Of a stretch of DNA of 63,648 nt, positions 18,137-27,985 are shown piece by piece. Both the position numbers and the translations under genes were made by a program. The notes under the pieces are model-generated. The model worked only from the letters and a program-made list of their open reading frames with translations, had not been told where the DNA came from and searched no databases. Location of the stretch: the IMG/VR virus record IMGVR_UViG_3300025141_000080, positions 1-63,648 of that record; one strand, given 5' to 3'. Each line of letters begins with the position of its first letter. The first letter of the stretch is position 1. The stretch comes from a virus. Lineage: Duplodnaviria > Caudoviricetes.

Positions 18137-20062
18137 ATGGAAATTTCAAATAAAATTTTATCGGATATTACTGTTTATATGAAATACGCTAAGTATATTC
18201 CAGAATTAAACAGAAGAGAGACGTGGGAAGAGCTAGTAACGCGTAATAAAAATATGCATATAAAAGCTTATCCTCATATTAAGGAAGAGATAGAAGAAAA
18301 ATACAAATCAGTATACGATAAAAAGGTATTACCATCAATGAGAAGTATGCAATTTGGAGGTAAACCAATTGACATAAGTCCAAATAGAATTTATAACTGT
18401 GCATATATGCCTGTTGACCATATTGACTCATTTTCAGAGTGCATGTTCTTATTATTAGGAGGTACAGGTGTTGGGTACTCAGTCCAAAAACATCATGTCT
18501 CTAAATTGCCTGTAATACAAAAACCATACCCAAAAAGAAAGAAAAGATTTTTAATTGGAGATTCTATTGAAGGTTGGGCAGACTCCATTAAAGTGTTAAT
18601 GAAGTCATACATGAATGGTGGTGGTAGTAAAATTGAATTTGATTATTCGGATATTAGACCAAAAGGAGCTAGACTTATTACATCCGGCGGTAAAGCTCCT
18701 GGACCTCAACCACTAAAAGAATGTTTGGTTAAAGTAGAAGGGTTATTAAGTCAGAAAGAAAATGGAGAACAAATAACTACCCTGGAAGCTCATGATATTG
18801 TATGTCATATTGCTGACGCTGTATTAGCTGGAGGAATTAGAAGAGCTGCCTTAATTTCGTTATTTAGTGCGGATGATGACGCAATGATTGGATGTAAAGC
18901 TGGTAACTGGTGGGAATTGAATCCACAAAGAGGTAGAGCTAATAATTCAGCCTGTTTAATGAGACATAAAATTACTAAAGAATTCTTTATGGATTTATGG
19001 AAAAGGGTTGAATTAAGTGGAGCCGGAGAACCAGGAATATACCTTAATAATGATAAAGATTGGGGCACTAATCCATGTTGTGAAATTGCTTTGAGACCAT
19101 ATCAATTTTGTAATCTTTGTGAAGTAAATGTAAGTAATATAGAATCACAAGAAGACTTAAATGAAAGAGTTAAGACTGCAGCATTCATAGGAACACTTCA
19201 AGCAGGATATACTAATTTCCATTACTTAAGAGAAGTATGGCAAGAGACAACAGAAAAAGATGCTTTAATAGGTGTGAGTATGACGGGTATAGGTAGTGGA
19301 AAAGTTTTAGGGTATGATATGTCTAAAGCGGCAAGTTTAGTTAAGAGAGAAAATACACGAGTATCAAAATTACTAGGAATAAATCAAGCAGCGAGAACAA
19401 CAACAGTAAAACCTGCAGGAACCACTTCATTAACATTAGGAACTTCTTCAGGTATCCATGCATGGCACAATGATTATTATATAAGAAGAATTAGAGTTGG
19501 TAAGAATGAAGCAATATACAGTTATTTAGCGGTTTATCACCCAGAGCTAGTAGAAGACGAATATTTCAGGCCACATGATACTGCAGTAATTAGCATACCA
19601 CAAAAAGCACCAGAAGGGTCAATATTAAGAACAGAATCACCATTCCAGTTATTAGAAAGAGTAAAAAAAGTAGCGTGTGAATGGGTAAACGCAGGTCATA
19701 GAAAAGGTTCTAATTCTCATAATGTTTCAGCAACAATTTCATTAAGAGACCATGAATGGGATGCTGCTGGAGAATGGATGTGGGAAAATAGAAAATTCTA
19801 TAACGGTCTTTCTGTTTTACCATATAATGGAGGAACCTATAAACAGGCTCCATTTGAGGATTGTACTAGAGAAGAGTACGAAGAAATGTTAACAGCATTA
19901 AAATCAGTTGATTTGTCTAATGTAGTAGAATTAGACGACAATACAGATTTATCGGGTGAATTAGCGTGTGCAGGAGGAACTTGTGAAATAGATGTTGACT
20001 TAAAAGAAATAAATTCAAACGGCAAAGTAAAAGAAATAGAAATTAGTGAAACACAAATATAG
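18137..20062 (+). CDS. nrdJ: class II (adenosylcobalamin-dependent) ribonucleoside-triphosphate reductase
   Basis: RRETWEE, VLPSMRSMQFGG, IYNCAY, GGIRRAALISL, TNPCCEI, FCNLCEVN, TTVKPAGTTSL and C-terminal CAGGTCE redox pair; no beta-subunit gene nearby. Confidence 0.92.
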   Translation: MEISNKILSDITVYMKYAKYIPELNRRETWEELVTRNKNMHIKAYPHIKEEIEEKYKSVYDKKVLPSMRSMQFGGKPIDISPNRIYNCAYMPVDHIDSFSECMFLLLGGTGVGYSVQKHHVSKLPVIQKPYPKRKKRFLIGDSIEGWADSIKVLMKSYMNGGGSKIEFDYSDIRPKGARLITSGGKAPGPQPLKECLVKVEGLLSQKENGEQITTLEAHDIVCHIADAVLAGGIRRAALISLFSADDDAMIGCKAGNWWELNPQRGRANNSACLMRHKITKEFFMDLWKRVELSGAGEPGIYLNNDKDWGTNPCCEIALRPYQFCNLCEVNVSNIESQEDLNERVKTAAFIGTLQAGYTNFHYLREVWQETTEKDALIGVSMTGIGSGKVLGYDMSKAASLVKRENTRVSKLLGINQAARTTTVKPAGTTSLTLGTSSGIHAWHNDYYIRRIRVGKNEAIYSYLAVYHPELVEDEYFRPHDTAVISIPQKAPEGSILRTESPFQLLERVKKVACEWVNAGHRKGSNSHNVSATISLRDHEWDAAGEWMWENRKFYNGLSVLPYNGGTYKQAPFEDCTREEYEEMLTALKSVDLSNVVELDDNTDLSGELACAGGTCEIDVDLKEINSNGKVKEIEISETQI

Positions 20063-20219
20063 TAAAGAAACTTTATATCATTTTAATTGTGGTAAATGTA
20101 ACAAATGGTGGTCAATAGCTGACTACCATTTATTGTCTATTAACGAATCAACTAGTGTAACATGCCCTCATTGTAGTTTTAAAGAAGAAACAAAAGAAGT
20201 AAAAAATGAAAAGAGCTGA
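20046..20219 (+). CDS. small zinc-ribbon protein (57 aa; absent from ORF track)
   Basis: GTG start; MKHKYSKETLYHFNCGKCNKWWSIADYHLLSINESTSVTCPHCSFKEETKEVKNEKS* with CxxC...CPHC. Overlaps both neighbours and fills the gap exactly. Confidence 0.7.
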   Translation: MKHKYSKETLYHFNCGKCNKWWSIADYHLLSINESTSVTCPHCSFKEETKEVKNEKS

Positions 20220-20481
20220 CGACTGGATTACAGAATTACACCATAAAGAATCAATGGGTGGCAATGTCTTGGATTTATATGGACATAAAGTGGAGGACAT
20301 CCATACTATAGTAGATTCTTTTGTTTACGAACACCTCAAACTTAACACTAAAGACATTTCTATTTTTTTAGGCTCGAACAATAATCTGACCAAAGGAATA
20401 GTGTGTGACATTATTAAAATCTATGGTCTTAATTACACAGAATGTGTTTACAACCCCTCACTCCTTAAAATTTCTAGTTAA
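20206..20481 (+). CDS. stand-alone Smr-like domain protein
   Basis: VLDLYGHKVEDIHTIVDSFV...ISIFLGSNNNLTKGIVCDII resembles Smr LDLHG...IITG...LK..V. Confidence 0.55.
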   Translation: MKRADDWITELHHKESMGGNVLDLYGHKVEDIHTIVDSFVYEHLKLNTKDISIFLGSNNNLTKGIVCDIIKIYGLNYTECVYNPSLLKISS

Positions 20482-20515
20482 AATATTTATATAGATAATA
20501 GAATTGAACTCTCTA

Positions 20516-20523
20516 ATATTTAT
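20516..20523 (+). promoter_or_regulatory. putative late promoter ATATTTAT (second copy at 20483-20490)
   Basis: Two copies in the 56-nt gap before the first baseplate wedge gene. Confidence 0.55.
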
Positions 20524-20537
20524 ATATAAAACTTATT

Positions 20538-20996
20538 ATGCCAGAGAATGGAACATACGGAATAGATTTCCCTTTTAGAGAGAGTAGATTAGGGTACTTT
20601 TTAGAATTAACTGAAACTCCCGAAGATGAAATTAAATCCGATTTAATACACTTACTTTTAACCAGGAAAGGTAGTAGGTATTTTTTACCAGATTTTGGTA
20701 CACGTTTATATGAGTTCATTTTCGAACCATTAGACTCCCCAACATTTAATTCTATAGATTCAGAAATAAGACAACAAGTGGAAAAATACATCCCTAATTT
20801 AAAAATAACTAATATAGATATTAGTCCTGCTTTAGAAACAGAAGAAACAACAGGAACAATAGTATCTGATAACGACCCTAGAGTTTATAGAATTGCGGGT
20901 CAAGGGACTAAAGAACATACTGCGGTGGTAAAAATAGATTATACTATTGTTAACGCTGCATTTGAAACTAGAGATTTTGTTATAATTAATATATAA
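20538..20996 (+). CDS. baseplate wedge protein gp25/GPW-like
   Basis: YGIDFPF...IKSDLIHLLLTRKGSRYFLPDFGTRLYEFIFEP is the gp25 family pattern. Confidence 0.92.
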   Translation: MPENGTYGIDFPFRESRLGYFLELTETPEDEIKSDLIHLLLTRKGSRYFLPDFGTRLYEFIFEPLDSPTFNSIDSEIRQQVEKYIPNLKITNIDISPALETEETTGTIVSDNDPRVYRIAGQGTKEHTAVVKIDYTIVNAAFETRDFVIINI

Positions 20997-20997
20997 T

Positions 20998-22836
20998 ATG
21001 GCTAACAATAAAATATCATACACGGAAAGAGACTTTGTAGGGATTAGAACTGAACTACTTAGATATACTAAAGAACAATACCCAGATTTAATAAAGAATT
21101 CGAATGACGCTTCTATATTTTCTGTATTTTTAGATTTAAATGCGGCAGTTGCGGATAATTTACATTATCATATAGATAGAAGCTTACAAGAAACAGTATT
21201 ACAATTTGCACACCAAAGGTCTTCTTTATATAATATTGCAAGAACTTATGGGTTGAAGATTCCAGGAAATAGACCTGCTGTTTCAGTAGCAGATTTCTCC
21301 ATTATAGTGCCAGTAGCAGGGGATAAAGAGAATTTTAGTTATTTAGGGACACTTAGAAGAAACTCACAAGTTAAGGGAGCGGGACAAGTTTTTGAAACGA
21401 AATATGACGTGGATTTTTCCTCACCATTTGACGCCACTGGTTTTCCAAATAGAACTAAAGTACCTAATTTTGATTCTAATAACAATATAGTTAGTTATAC
21501 AATGACTAAAAGAGAAGTGGTGATAAATGGGGTTACCAAGGTCTTTAAACGAGTATTGACAGATAGTGACGTTAAACCTTTCCTAAAGATATTTTTACCA
21601 GAAAAGAACGTATTAGGAGTAACTTCAGTAATAGAAAAAAGTGGAACCAACATACAAGCATTACCTAAAGCTACTGAATTTATAAACTCACCAAATCAAT
21701 GGTATGAAGTAGAAGCTTTAGCACAAGACAAGGTATTTGCACTCGACCCAACAAAGAACAGTGATTCACCGGGATTAAAAATAGGTAAGTGGAAAAAAGT
21801 AGACAAAAGATTTACTACGGAGTATACTCCCGAAGGATTTTTTCATTTAACATTAGGTGGGGGAACATCTTCAGGACAAGACTCTTTAGATGATTTTACT
21901 AGTCAAGGTCTAGCGATGGATTTAAGTAAATATCTAAACAATTTATCATTAGGTAAAACGGCACAAGCAAATAGTACTTTATTTATACAATATCGAATAG
22001 GTGGGGGGACCGCTACAAATGTAGGCCCTAATTCGATAACCTCATTAGGACAAGTAGAATTCATCGTTAATGGTCCTGTTGATGGAATTAATCAACAAGT
22101 TAAAAACTCCTTAAAAGTTAATAATATAACTGCTGCGGTAGGTGGAGCAAATCAACCAACAGTAGAAGAAATAAGAAATTATGTAAGTTTTAATTTTTCT
22201 GCACAACATAGAGCTGTTACAGTTTCTGATTATAAATCTATTATAGATACGATGCCTGGTGTATTTGGAGCACCAGCTAAAGTTGGTATAGTAGAAGAAG
22301 AAAATAAGATTTTAGTAAATTTATTGTCCTACTCTGATTCAGGTAAGTTAAGTTCTAAGGTTAGTACTTCATTAATGTCTAATATAGCAGAATATTTATC
22401 TGATTATAGAATGTTAAATGATTATATTACTATTAAATCTGCAGAAGTGGTGGACTTAGCGTTGGAAATCGACATCTTAGCAGACCCAACATTTAATCAA
22501 GGAGAAATCGTAACCAATATCGTTAATCAAGTAGATGATTTCTTTACCCCTAATAGAAAAGAAATGGGACAAAATTGTTATATAGGTCAATTATCTAAAA
22601 CCATCTCCCAACAACAAGGTGTTATAAATCTAATAGATTTACGTGTAGTTAATAAAGTTGGTGGACAATATTCTGGTAATGAAGTTTCACAACGTTATTC
22701 TGACCCCCAAACTAAACAAATAGAATTAATTGACGGAGTGATATTTGCACAACCCAACCAAAGTTTTCAAGTGCAATTTCCAGAGAAGGATGTGAGCATA
22801 AGAATAAAGAGTAACGCCCATACTTCTATATCCTAA
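20998..22836 (+). CDS. baseplate wedge protein (T4 gp6/P2 gpJ-like)
   Basis: YTERDFVGIRTEL, AHQRSSLYNIARTYG, YRIGGG..TNV, AAVGGAN...EEIR, QHRAVTVSDY. Confidence 0.9.
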   Translation: MANNKISYTERDFVGIRTELLRYTKEQYPDLIKNSNDASIFSVFLDLNAAVADNLHYHIDRSLQETVLQFAHQRSSLYNIARTYGLKIPGNRPAVSVADFSIIVPVAGDKENFSYLGTLRRNSQVKGAGQVFETKYDVDFSSPFDATGFPNRTKVPNFDSNNNIVSYTMTKREVVINGVTKVFKRVLTDSDVKPFLKIFLPEKNVLGVTSVIEKSGTNIQALPKATEFINSPNQWYEVEALAQDKVFALDPTKNSDSPGLKIGKWKKVDKRFTTEYTPEGFFHLTLGGGTSSGQDSLDDFTSQGLAMDLSKYLNNLSLGKTAQANSTLFIQYRIGGGTATNVGPNSITSLGQVEFIVNGPVDGINQQVKNSLKVNNITAAVGGANQPTVEEIRNYVSFNFSAQHRAVTVSDYKSIIDTMPGVFGAPAKVGIVEEENKILVNLLSYSDSGKLSSKVSTSLMSNIAEYLSDYRMLNDYITIKSAEVVDLALEIDILADPTFNQGEIVTNIVNQVDDFFTPNRKEMGQNCYIGQLSKTISQQQGVINLIDLRVVNKVGGQYSGNEVSQRYSDPQTKQIELIDGVIFAQPNQSFQVQFPEKDVSIRIKSNAHTSIS

Positions 22837-22886
22837 TTTTTATTTACATAATTATCTTTTTAGATATTTTTGTTTTAAGACCCTAA

Positions 22887-22894
22887 ATATTTAT
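22887..22894 (+). promoter_or_regulatory. putative late promoter ATATTTAT
   Basis: Intergenic, 17 nt before ATG 22912. Confidence 0.5.
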
Positions 22895-22911
22895 TATTTA
22901 AAAGGAAAGGA

Positions 22912-25900
22912 ATGCCAAAATCTATTAGAATAAGAACACAACCTGGAAAGGAGCAAAATATACATGTAAAGTTAGAACAAGATTTCGACTTATTAGAGGT
23001 ATTAAGCTTAAAAATGACTCAAGATGATGTCTATTCTAGAATGTGTGGAGATTATGGGGTTGTTGTGGGTAGAGTGCTGGCAAACGGAGGTTTTGGGGTT
23101 CCTAACGCTAAGGTTTCCGTCTTTATACCCCTAACTGATGAAGATGAACAAGATGAAGTAATTAAATCTTTTTATCCTTATAAAGAAGTTACCGATAAGG
23201 ATGAAGAAGGGTATAAGTATAATCTACTACCCCAAGAAAAACAAAGTTGTAATCACTCACCAACAGGAACATTTCCATTACCTGACGAAATATTAAACAT
23301 CCCAACTCTTCTAGAAGTTTATAAAAAGTATTATAAATACACTACAAAAACTAATGAAAGTGGTGATTTTATGATATGGGGAGTCCCATTAGGGAATCAA
23401 ACTATACATTGTTCCGTAGATGTGAGTGATATCGGTTGCTATTCGATGCACCCTTACGATTTTATAAATCAAGGAAAACCTTTAGAGGAATTTGTAAGTG
23501 CATTAGAATTCAACACATCTGAAAATTTAGATTCTTTACCCCAGATTATATTACAAAATAAAACCTTAGAAGTAGTACCATTTTGGGGTGATGATGATTT
23601 ATGTAATGTAGGGATAACACGGGTAGATTTTGATTTAAGAGATTCTTCAGTAGAAATAGTTCCTTCTGCAACGTTTATAGGTTCTATAATTACTGACGAC
23701 GATTCCAATTATGTAGACTCTAATGGATTACCTAGTAAATACATAGGTAATTTATGTAATTTAACTACGGGAACTGGCCTTATAGAAACTATTCGAGAAA
23801 CAATACAATTAGAAGACGATGGGTGTACCCCTAAATTAGAAAAATTCCCTTTAAAAAATGGGGGTAAAGTTATAGACGGAAATGGGGCGTGGGTCACTCA
23901 ATTACCAATGAACCTGGATTTTATAATAACTAATGAATATGGAGAACAAGTTATATCTGATAATCCGAATTTTGGAATACCGACTAGAGCAAAATATAGA
24001 TTTAGAATAGGGTTTGACAATAAAGGGTCAACGATTAGAAATGGTAACTATCTAGTTCCTAATCTAAGAGAATATAGCATAGCGAATCCACAACCTTCAG
24101 ATTACGCCGCTTCATATGTTTTTAGTACTAATTATAGTGATTATCCAGAAATGGGGCCAGTTACTTTTGACAATACTCCAGCTTATAATGCAGAAGATTA
24201 TTTTTATGAATTTAGACCTAACAGGGTATACACAATATCTTCCTTTATTGACAATTATAGAAAAACATCCCAACGAGGAGACACAAATAATAGATGGAGA
24301 TTTCTGGGAATAAAAGGTATAAATCCACCAACAGAACAACGGTGTACTGATATCACTAAAGAATTTCCATCCAATGATGTGTTTAGGGGAGGTTCATTTT
24401 TATTTGGTATAACACAAACACAATTAATTATTCAACAGATAACTATCCTTCTTACTTGTGTATTAGTGGCATTTAACGCGTTATCCATGTTAATGAACGC
24501 GTATAATATGGCTTTACAAGGAGCCAACGCGTCTACCTGGATGAGTGCCGCCTATATTGGTGCTGTTGCACCATGGGACACCATAATTGGAGCAGCATTA
24601 GGGTCTGCATTTTTAGCTGCATATATTGCGACTGCTGTCGCATTAGTGATAATGATAATATTCTTTTATTCTCCTTTATTTTATATTTTAGTAAACAATT
24701 TTAAAATTATGCTAAAATTGACAAGGTATCCCGATTGCGAACCCTGTGTATGTGAAGAAGACCAATATGAGTTTAAAATTCCTATTATAACATTTTTTGT
24801 TGGTGATGATAATAAAATCTCCGAAGATACGACAGATGCTCCTGACACAGTCCCTGAATGTACCATGAATGGATTTAGTGATAACGCCTTTTATTGGCAA
24901 GGAAAAAATGGCGATATGCCTAAAGGATGTTATAAATTACAATTTAGAAATGGGGTATGGATTGTGTTTTACTCTATGATGGTTGTAATGGGAGTTTTGG
25001 TGTGGGTACCATGGGGAGGGACAATTGCTTTAAATATTGCAGCTGGAGTACTAGCAACATTAGAATTTGGTTTAATAATTGATAATCTATGGAAGATGTT
25101 TGTTAGTTTAAATCAGTGGAGGGTCTTAAAGAATATATATAATGGGTTATGTCAGGGAGTATTTAATATGAAATTTAGTAATGGTTGGATAAATGGTACA
25201 CTATATCATTTTAAATTCAAAAGAGTAAAAGACGAGGCCGACGTAACCAATGACGATTACCCTCAAAAATTAGTCCACCAACACGTAGAACTAGACAGTT
25301 ACCCCGCAGGGACCCCAACTGGTAATGTTTTCTTTTATTATAGAAGCTGTCCTTATCTTCAAGCTCTAGGGTTTCAGATGGACAACACAGCTGTAGACGG
25401 TGATGATGGTTGGAACCACAAAGGAATAAATTATCCTACCACTATAACAGAATTAGGGCCTTTAGATGAATGCACCAATCAACTCTGCAATGAAGAATTA
25501 GAAGATTGTTATTTTGTAGATAAATTAGCACCATCGAGTTATCAATACGCAGACTATGTATTAGGTAAACTCATAGAACAGAAAATAGAAATACAATCAT
25601 TTTCTAATTTTATATGGTCAGGAGTTAATAAATTTTTTGGTGCTGATGGAGACCCAAGTAAATCATGGGTATTTAATGATGGTAATAGAAGGTGGGGCTC
25701 TCCAGACATGTCTAATATGGGATATTTTAGAGCAAGACCTGCACGACTAATAGATGGTGATATATCAGCTTTAATTGCCACAAATAATCAATTAGGAGTT
25801 GAACCATATTTACCAGGTATAGACAATCCATATTATCCGGCTACTCTTCCTACAAGCCAAATTACTCCTATCTCCACTCCTCTTAATATTATTATGAATG

Positions 25901-26316
25901 ACCCAACATTAGTAGGGTGTTTACAAGGAGGACCTTTTGGGATTGACCAAACTCAACTTAAACCATTTTATCCATGGAGAAAAGTAGGAGCGTTACCTTA
26001 TGGTGGTTGGAACAGTGATTGGTCTTCAGCTGGAAGCCAACCTTCATTATCTACAACAGGCAACCAACAAGGAACGGTTACACCAGCCCCTCAAGCTCCA
26101 ATACCAGGAACACAAATGGCACCACCTAGATATTGGCAAACTACGGGTAATCAACTAGAAAATGGAAACTATGGTTTATCCCCCGCTATCCCTACCCCAC
26201 CAACAGGAGCCAGTATAAAATTGGGAACACATCAATATTTTTATTTTGGATTAAGACAAGGGTCAACAGCCTATGATATATTCCTAAACAAATATTTAAA
26301 AGCTGATAATAGTTAA
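22912..26316 (+). CDS. baseplate-cluster protein with N-terminal carboxypeptidase-regulatory-like beta domain and central hydrophobic (transmembrane-like) segments
   Basis: GVVVGRVLANGGFGVPNAKVSVF...TKTNESGDFMIWGVPLG motif; long apolar runs at about 24420-24700 and 24955-25080. Confidence 0.6.
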   Translation: MPKSIRIRTQPGKEQNIHVKLEQDFDLLEVLSLKMTQDDVYSRMCGDYGVVVGRVLANGGFGVPNAKVSVFIPLTDEDEQDEVIKSFYPYKEVTDKDEEGYKYNLLPQEKQSCNHSPTGTFPLPDEILNIPTLLEVYKKYYKYTTKTNESGDFMIWGVPLGNQTIHCSVDVSDIGCYSMHPYDFINQGKPLEEFVSALEFNTSENLDSLPQIILQNKTLEVVPFWGDDDLCNVGITRVDFDLRDSSVEIVPSATFIGSIITDDDSNYVDSNGLPSKYIGNLCNLTTGTGLIETIRETIQLEDDGCTPKLEKFPLKNGGKVIDGNGAWVTQLPMNLDFIITNEYGEQVISDNPNFGIPTRAKYRFRIGFDNKGSTIRNGNYLVPNLREYSIANPQPSDYAASYVFSTNYSDYPEMGPVTFDNTPAYNAEDYFYEFRPNRVYTISSFIDNYRKTSQRGDTNNRWRFLGIKGINPPTEQRCTDITKEFPSNDVFRGGSFLFGITQTQLIIQQITILLTCVLVAFNALSMLMNAYNMALQGANASTWMSAAYIGAVAPWDTIIGAALGSAFLAAYIATAVALVIMIIFFYSPLFYILVNNFKIMLKLTRYPDCEPCVCEEDQYEFKIPIITFFVGDDNKISEDTTDAPDTVPECTMNGFSDNAFYWQGKNGDMPKGCYKLQFRNGVWIVFYSMMVVMGVLVWVPWGGTIALNIAAGVLATLEFGLIIDNLWKMFVSLNQWRVLKNIYNGLCQGVFNMKFSNGWINGTLYHFKFKRVKDEADVTNDDYPQKLVHQHVELDSYPAGTPTGNVFFYYRSCPYLQALGFQMDNTAVDGDDGWNHKGINYPTTITELGPLDECTNQLCNEELEDCYFVDKLAPSSYQYADYVLGKLIEQKIEIQSFSNFIWSGVNKFFGADGDPSKSWVFNDGNRRWGSPDMSNMGYFRARPARLIDGDISALIATNNQLGVEPYLPGIDNPYYPATLPTSQITPISTPLNIIMNDPTLVGCLQGGPFGIDQTQLKPFYPWRKVGALPYGGWNSDWSSAGSQPSLSTTGNQQGTVTPAPQAPIPGTQMAPPRYWQTTGNQLENGNYGLSPAIPTPPTGASIKLGTHQYFYFGLRQGSTAYDIFLNKYLKADNS

Positions 26317-26320
26317 TGTT

Positions 26321-27985
26321 ATGAAAATAGTACCAGGAAGTAAAAAGTTTAAAGGGAATGTGGATAATGATAATGCGTTACAAATTGCTTTAGAATCTAC
26401 TCAACTACCTCTAATAGAAGGGGATAGGTCGGTGCCGTTAGACATAGCAGTTAGATTTAATCAGGAAAGACAAGAATGTGACACTTATCGAATATATGGT
26501 AAATTAGAACCCTTTGTAGACAATCCTTATTTTGGTGTTGCAAATCCTACCGAATCCACATTATTTTTTGATTTATTTTATGTGCAACCAGCGAGCTCTA
26601 TAACGGGTTGGGCAGGATATCCCCAAGCAAAAGAGTTAGATTTTATAAGGGATGATGTAGATGAAAGTGTAGCCCACACCACTAATTGGGGGGTGTATAT
26701 TAGTTATCCTTCACAATGTGTTGAGAACCAAGTTATGGAATACCATTTAAGTAGTGGTGGGCCTAGTTTAGTGTTTAATTCCGCTGATGGCATACCATTT
26801 TCAGTAAAGAACACCAACGTTAACGGAAGGGATTTGGTAGAACTTCATTGTCCGGTAGAACACGGGCTATCTAAAGGTGAATATGTTCAGGTTACCATAA
26901 CAAACCCTGCTTATGTGTTTCCAAATGGGACTAAGACTTTTCCAGTTTATAGTTTAGGTACTGGAAAAAGAGGTTCAGAAAAGAAAGTAGTTAATATTGT
27001 AGTACCCGCTACCCTACTCAATCCTATTACCGAGGATAGTTTAGGAACATTAAGAAGAGTGGTAGGGTTAAATAATGTAGATGCTGTGTCTACTTATTTT
27101 GTAGTTCAGAATGAAATTATTACCAGAATTGAAGATAGTGTAATAACTAGATGTGGGTTTGCGGAAGGAGTATTTAACGATGTTACCCAAATAGAACTAG
27201 CCCCTAATACACCGGATTACACTGAAAGAGTTTCTACTAAAAATACTTATCCTCACCATGTTTACACATTTACTAAGGATATTAAAGTAAAACAATACTT
27301 AGATTACTTGCAACGACCATTATCTAAATTATATGTAACAGTTTTTCTAAGAAATAATAAAGGATATTTTAATACCCCATCCAACCCACAACCACAATAT
27401 GGTTGGGACTGGAACTTTCCATATGATTTTTTAGACCCCTCTTTAAATAATAATAATGTTACAGACCCCCAGCCTTCAGGACCAATACATCAACTATTCG
27501 GTACAACTAAAGTGAGTGGAGTTCCTCTTAAACCAGGTGATAAACTTAGAGGAGCATTTATGGAATATAATAAAAGTGAATTAAAAGAAAGAGTAGTTAG
27601 TGACATTCACCATCACTTTAATTTTAATCCTATAGTTTTTGCTTCTAATTCCCAAGGGTTTCAATATAAACCTCATTATGAAGTGGAAATAAGAGCTTTT
27701 TCTAATTATATAGAAAGCGGAGACCCGGATGAGGTAGTGGATGTTCCCAATTACTCAACTTATTTTACTGATGAAAAAACTTGGAAATGGAGAGATATGT
27801 ATGAGATAGGATTTATAGACGATGGTGTGGGTGTTGATTATCCTTTTTTAAATAATGCACATTATCCTAAAAAGGATATAACATTTGTAGTACAGAGACA
27901 GATACTAGCTGACGGTATAGCATTAAGTGCAATTACCGCTTCAGAATTAACTATAGAAAATATGATAATAGATGGGTGTGAATAA
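26321..27985 (+). CDS. putative tail/baseplate structural protein
   Basis: 554-aa ORF in the structural operon; HGLSKGEYVQVT beta-barrel motif typical of tail proteins. Confidence 0.65.
   Translation: MKIVPGSKKFKGNVDNDNALQIALESTQLPLIEGDRSVPLDIAVRFNQERQECDTYRIYGKLEPFVDNPYFGVANPTESTLFFDLFYVQPASSITGWAGYPQAKELDFIRDDVDESVAHTTNWGVYISYPSQCVENQVMEYHLSSGGPSLVFNSADGIPFSVKNTNVNGRDLVELHCPVEHGLSKGEYVQVTITNPAYVFPNGTKTFPVYSLGTGKRGSEKKVVNIVVPATLLNPITEDSLGTLRRVVGLNNVDAVSTYFVVQNEIITRIEDSVITRCGFAEGVFNDVTQIELAPNTPDYTERVSTKNTYPHHVYTFTKDIKVKQYLDYLQRPLSKLYVTVFLRNNKGYFNTPSNPQPQYGWDWNFPYDFLDPSLNNNNVTDPQPSGPIHQLFGTTKVSGVPLKPGDKLRGAFMEYNKSELKERVVSDIHHHFNFNPIVFASNSQGFQYKPHYEVEIRAFSNYIESGDPDEVVDVPNYSTYFTDEKTWKWRDMYEIGFIDDGVGVDYPFLNNAHYPKKDITFVVQRQILADGIALSAITASELTIENMIIDGCE

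Noticed and set aside
16747-20062. Inteins or introns in helicase/RNR
   Set aside because: Both have normal lengths and contiguous motifs; no intein splice-junction or homing endonuclease signatures.
135-22836. Bacterial T6SS/eCIS locus or eukaryotic giant virus
   Set aside because: Baseplate genes are interleaved with a phage replisome (gp32, UvsX, DnaB, primase, gp46/47); no Tss membrane complex or NCLDV core genes.
22843-22871. sigma70-like promoter starting TTTACA before ORF 22912
   Set aside because: No acceptable -10 hexamer at 16-18 nt spacing.
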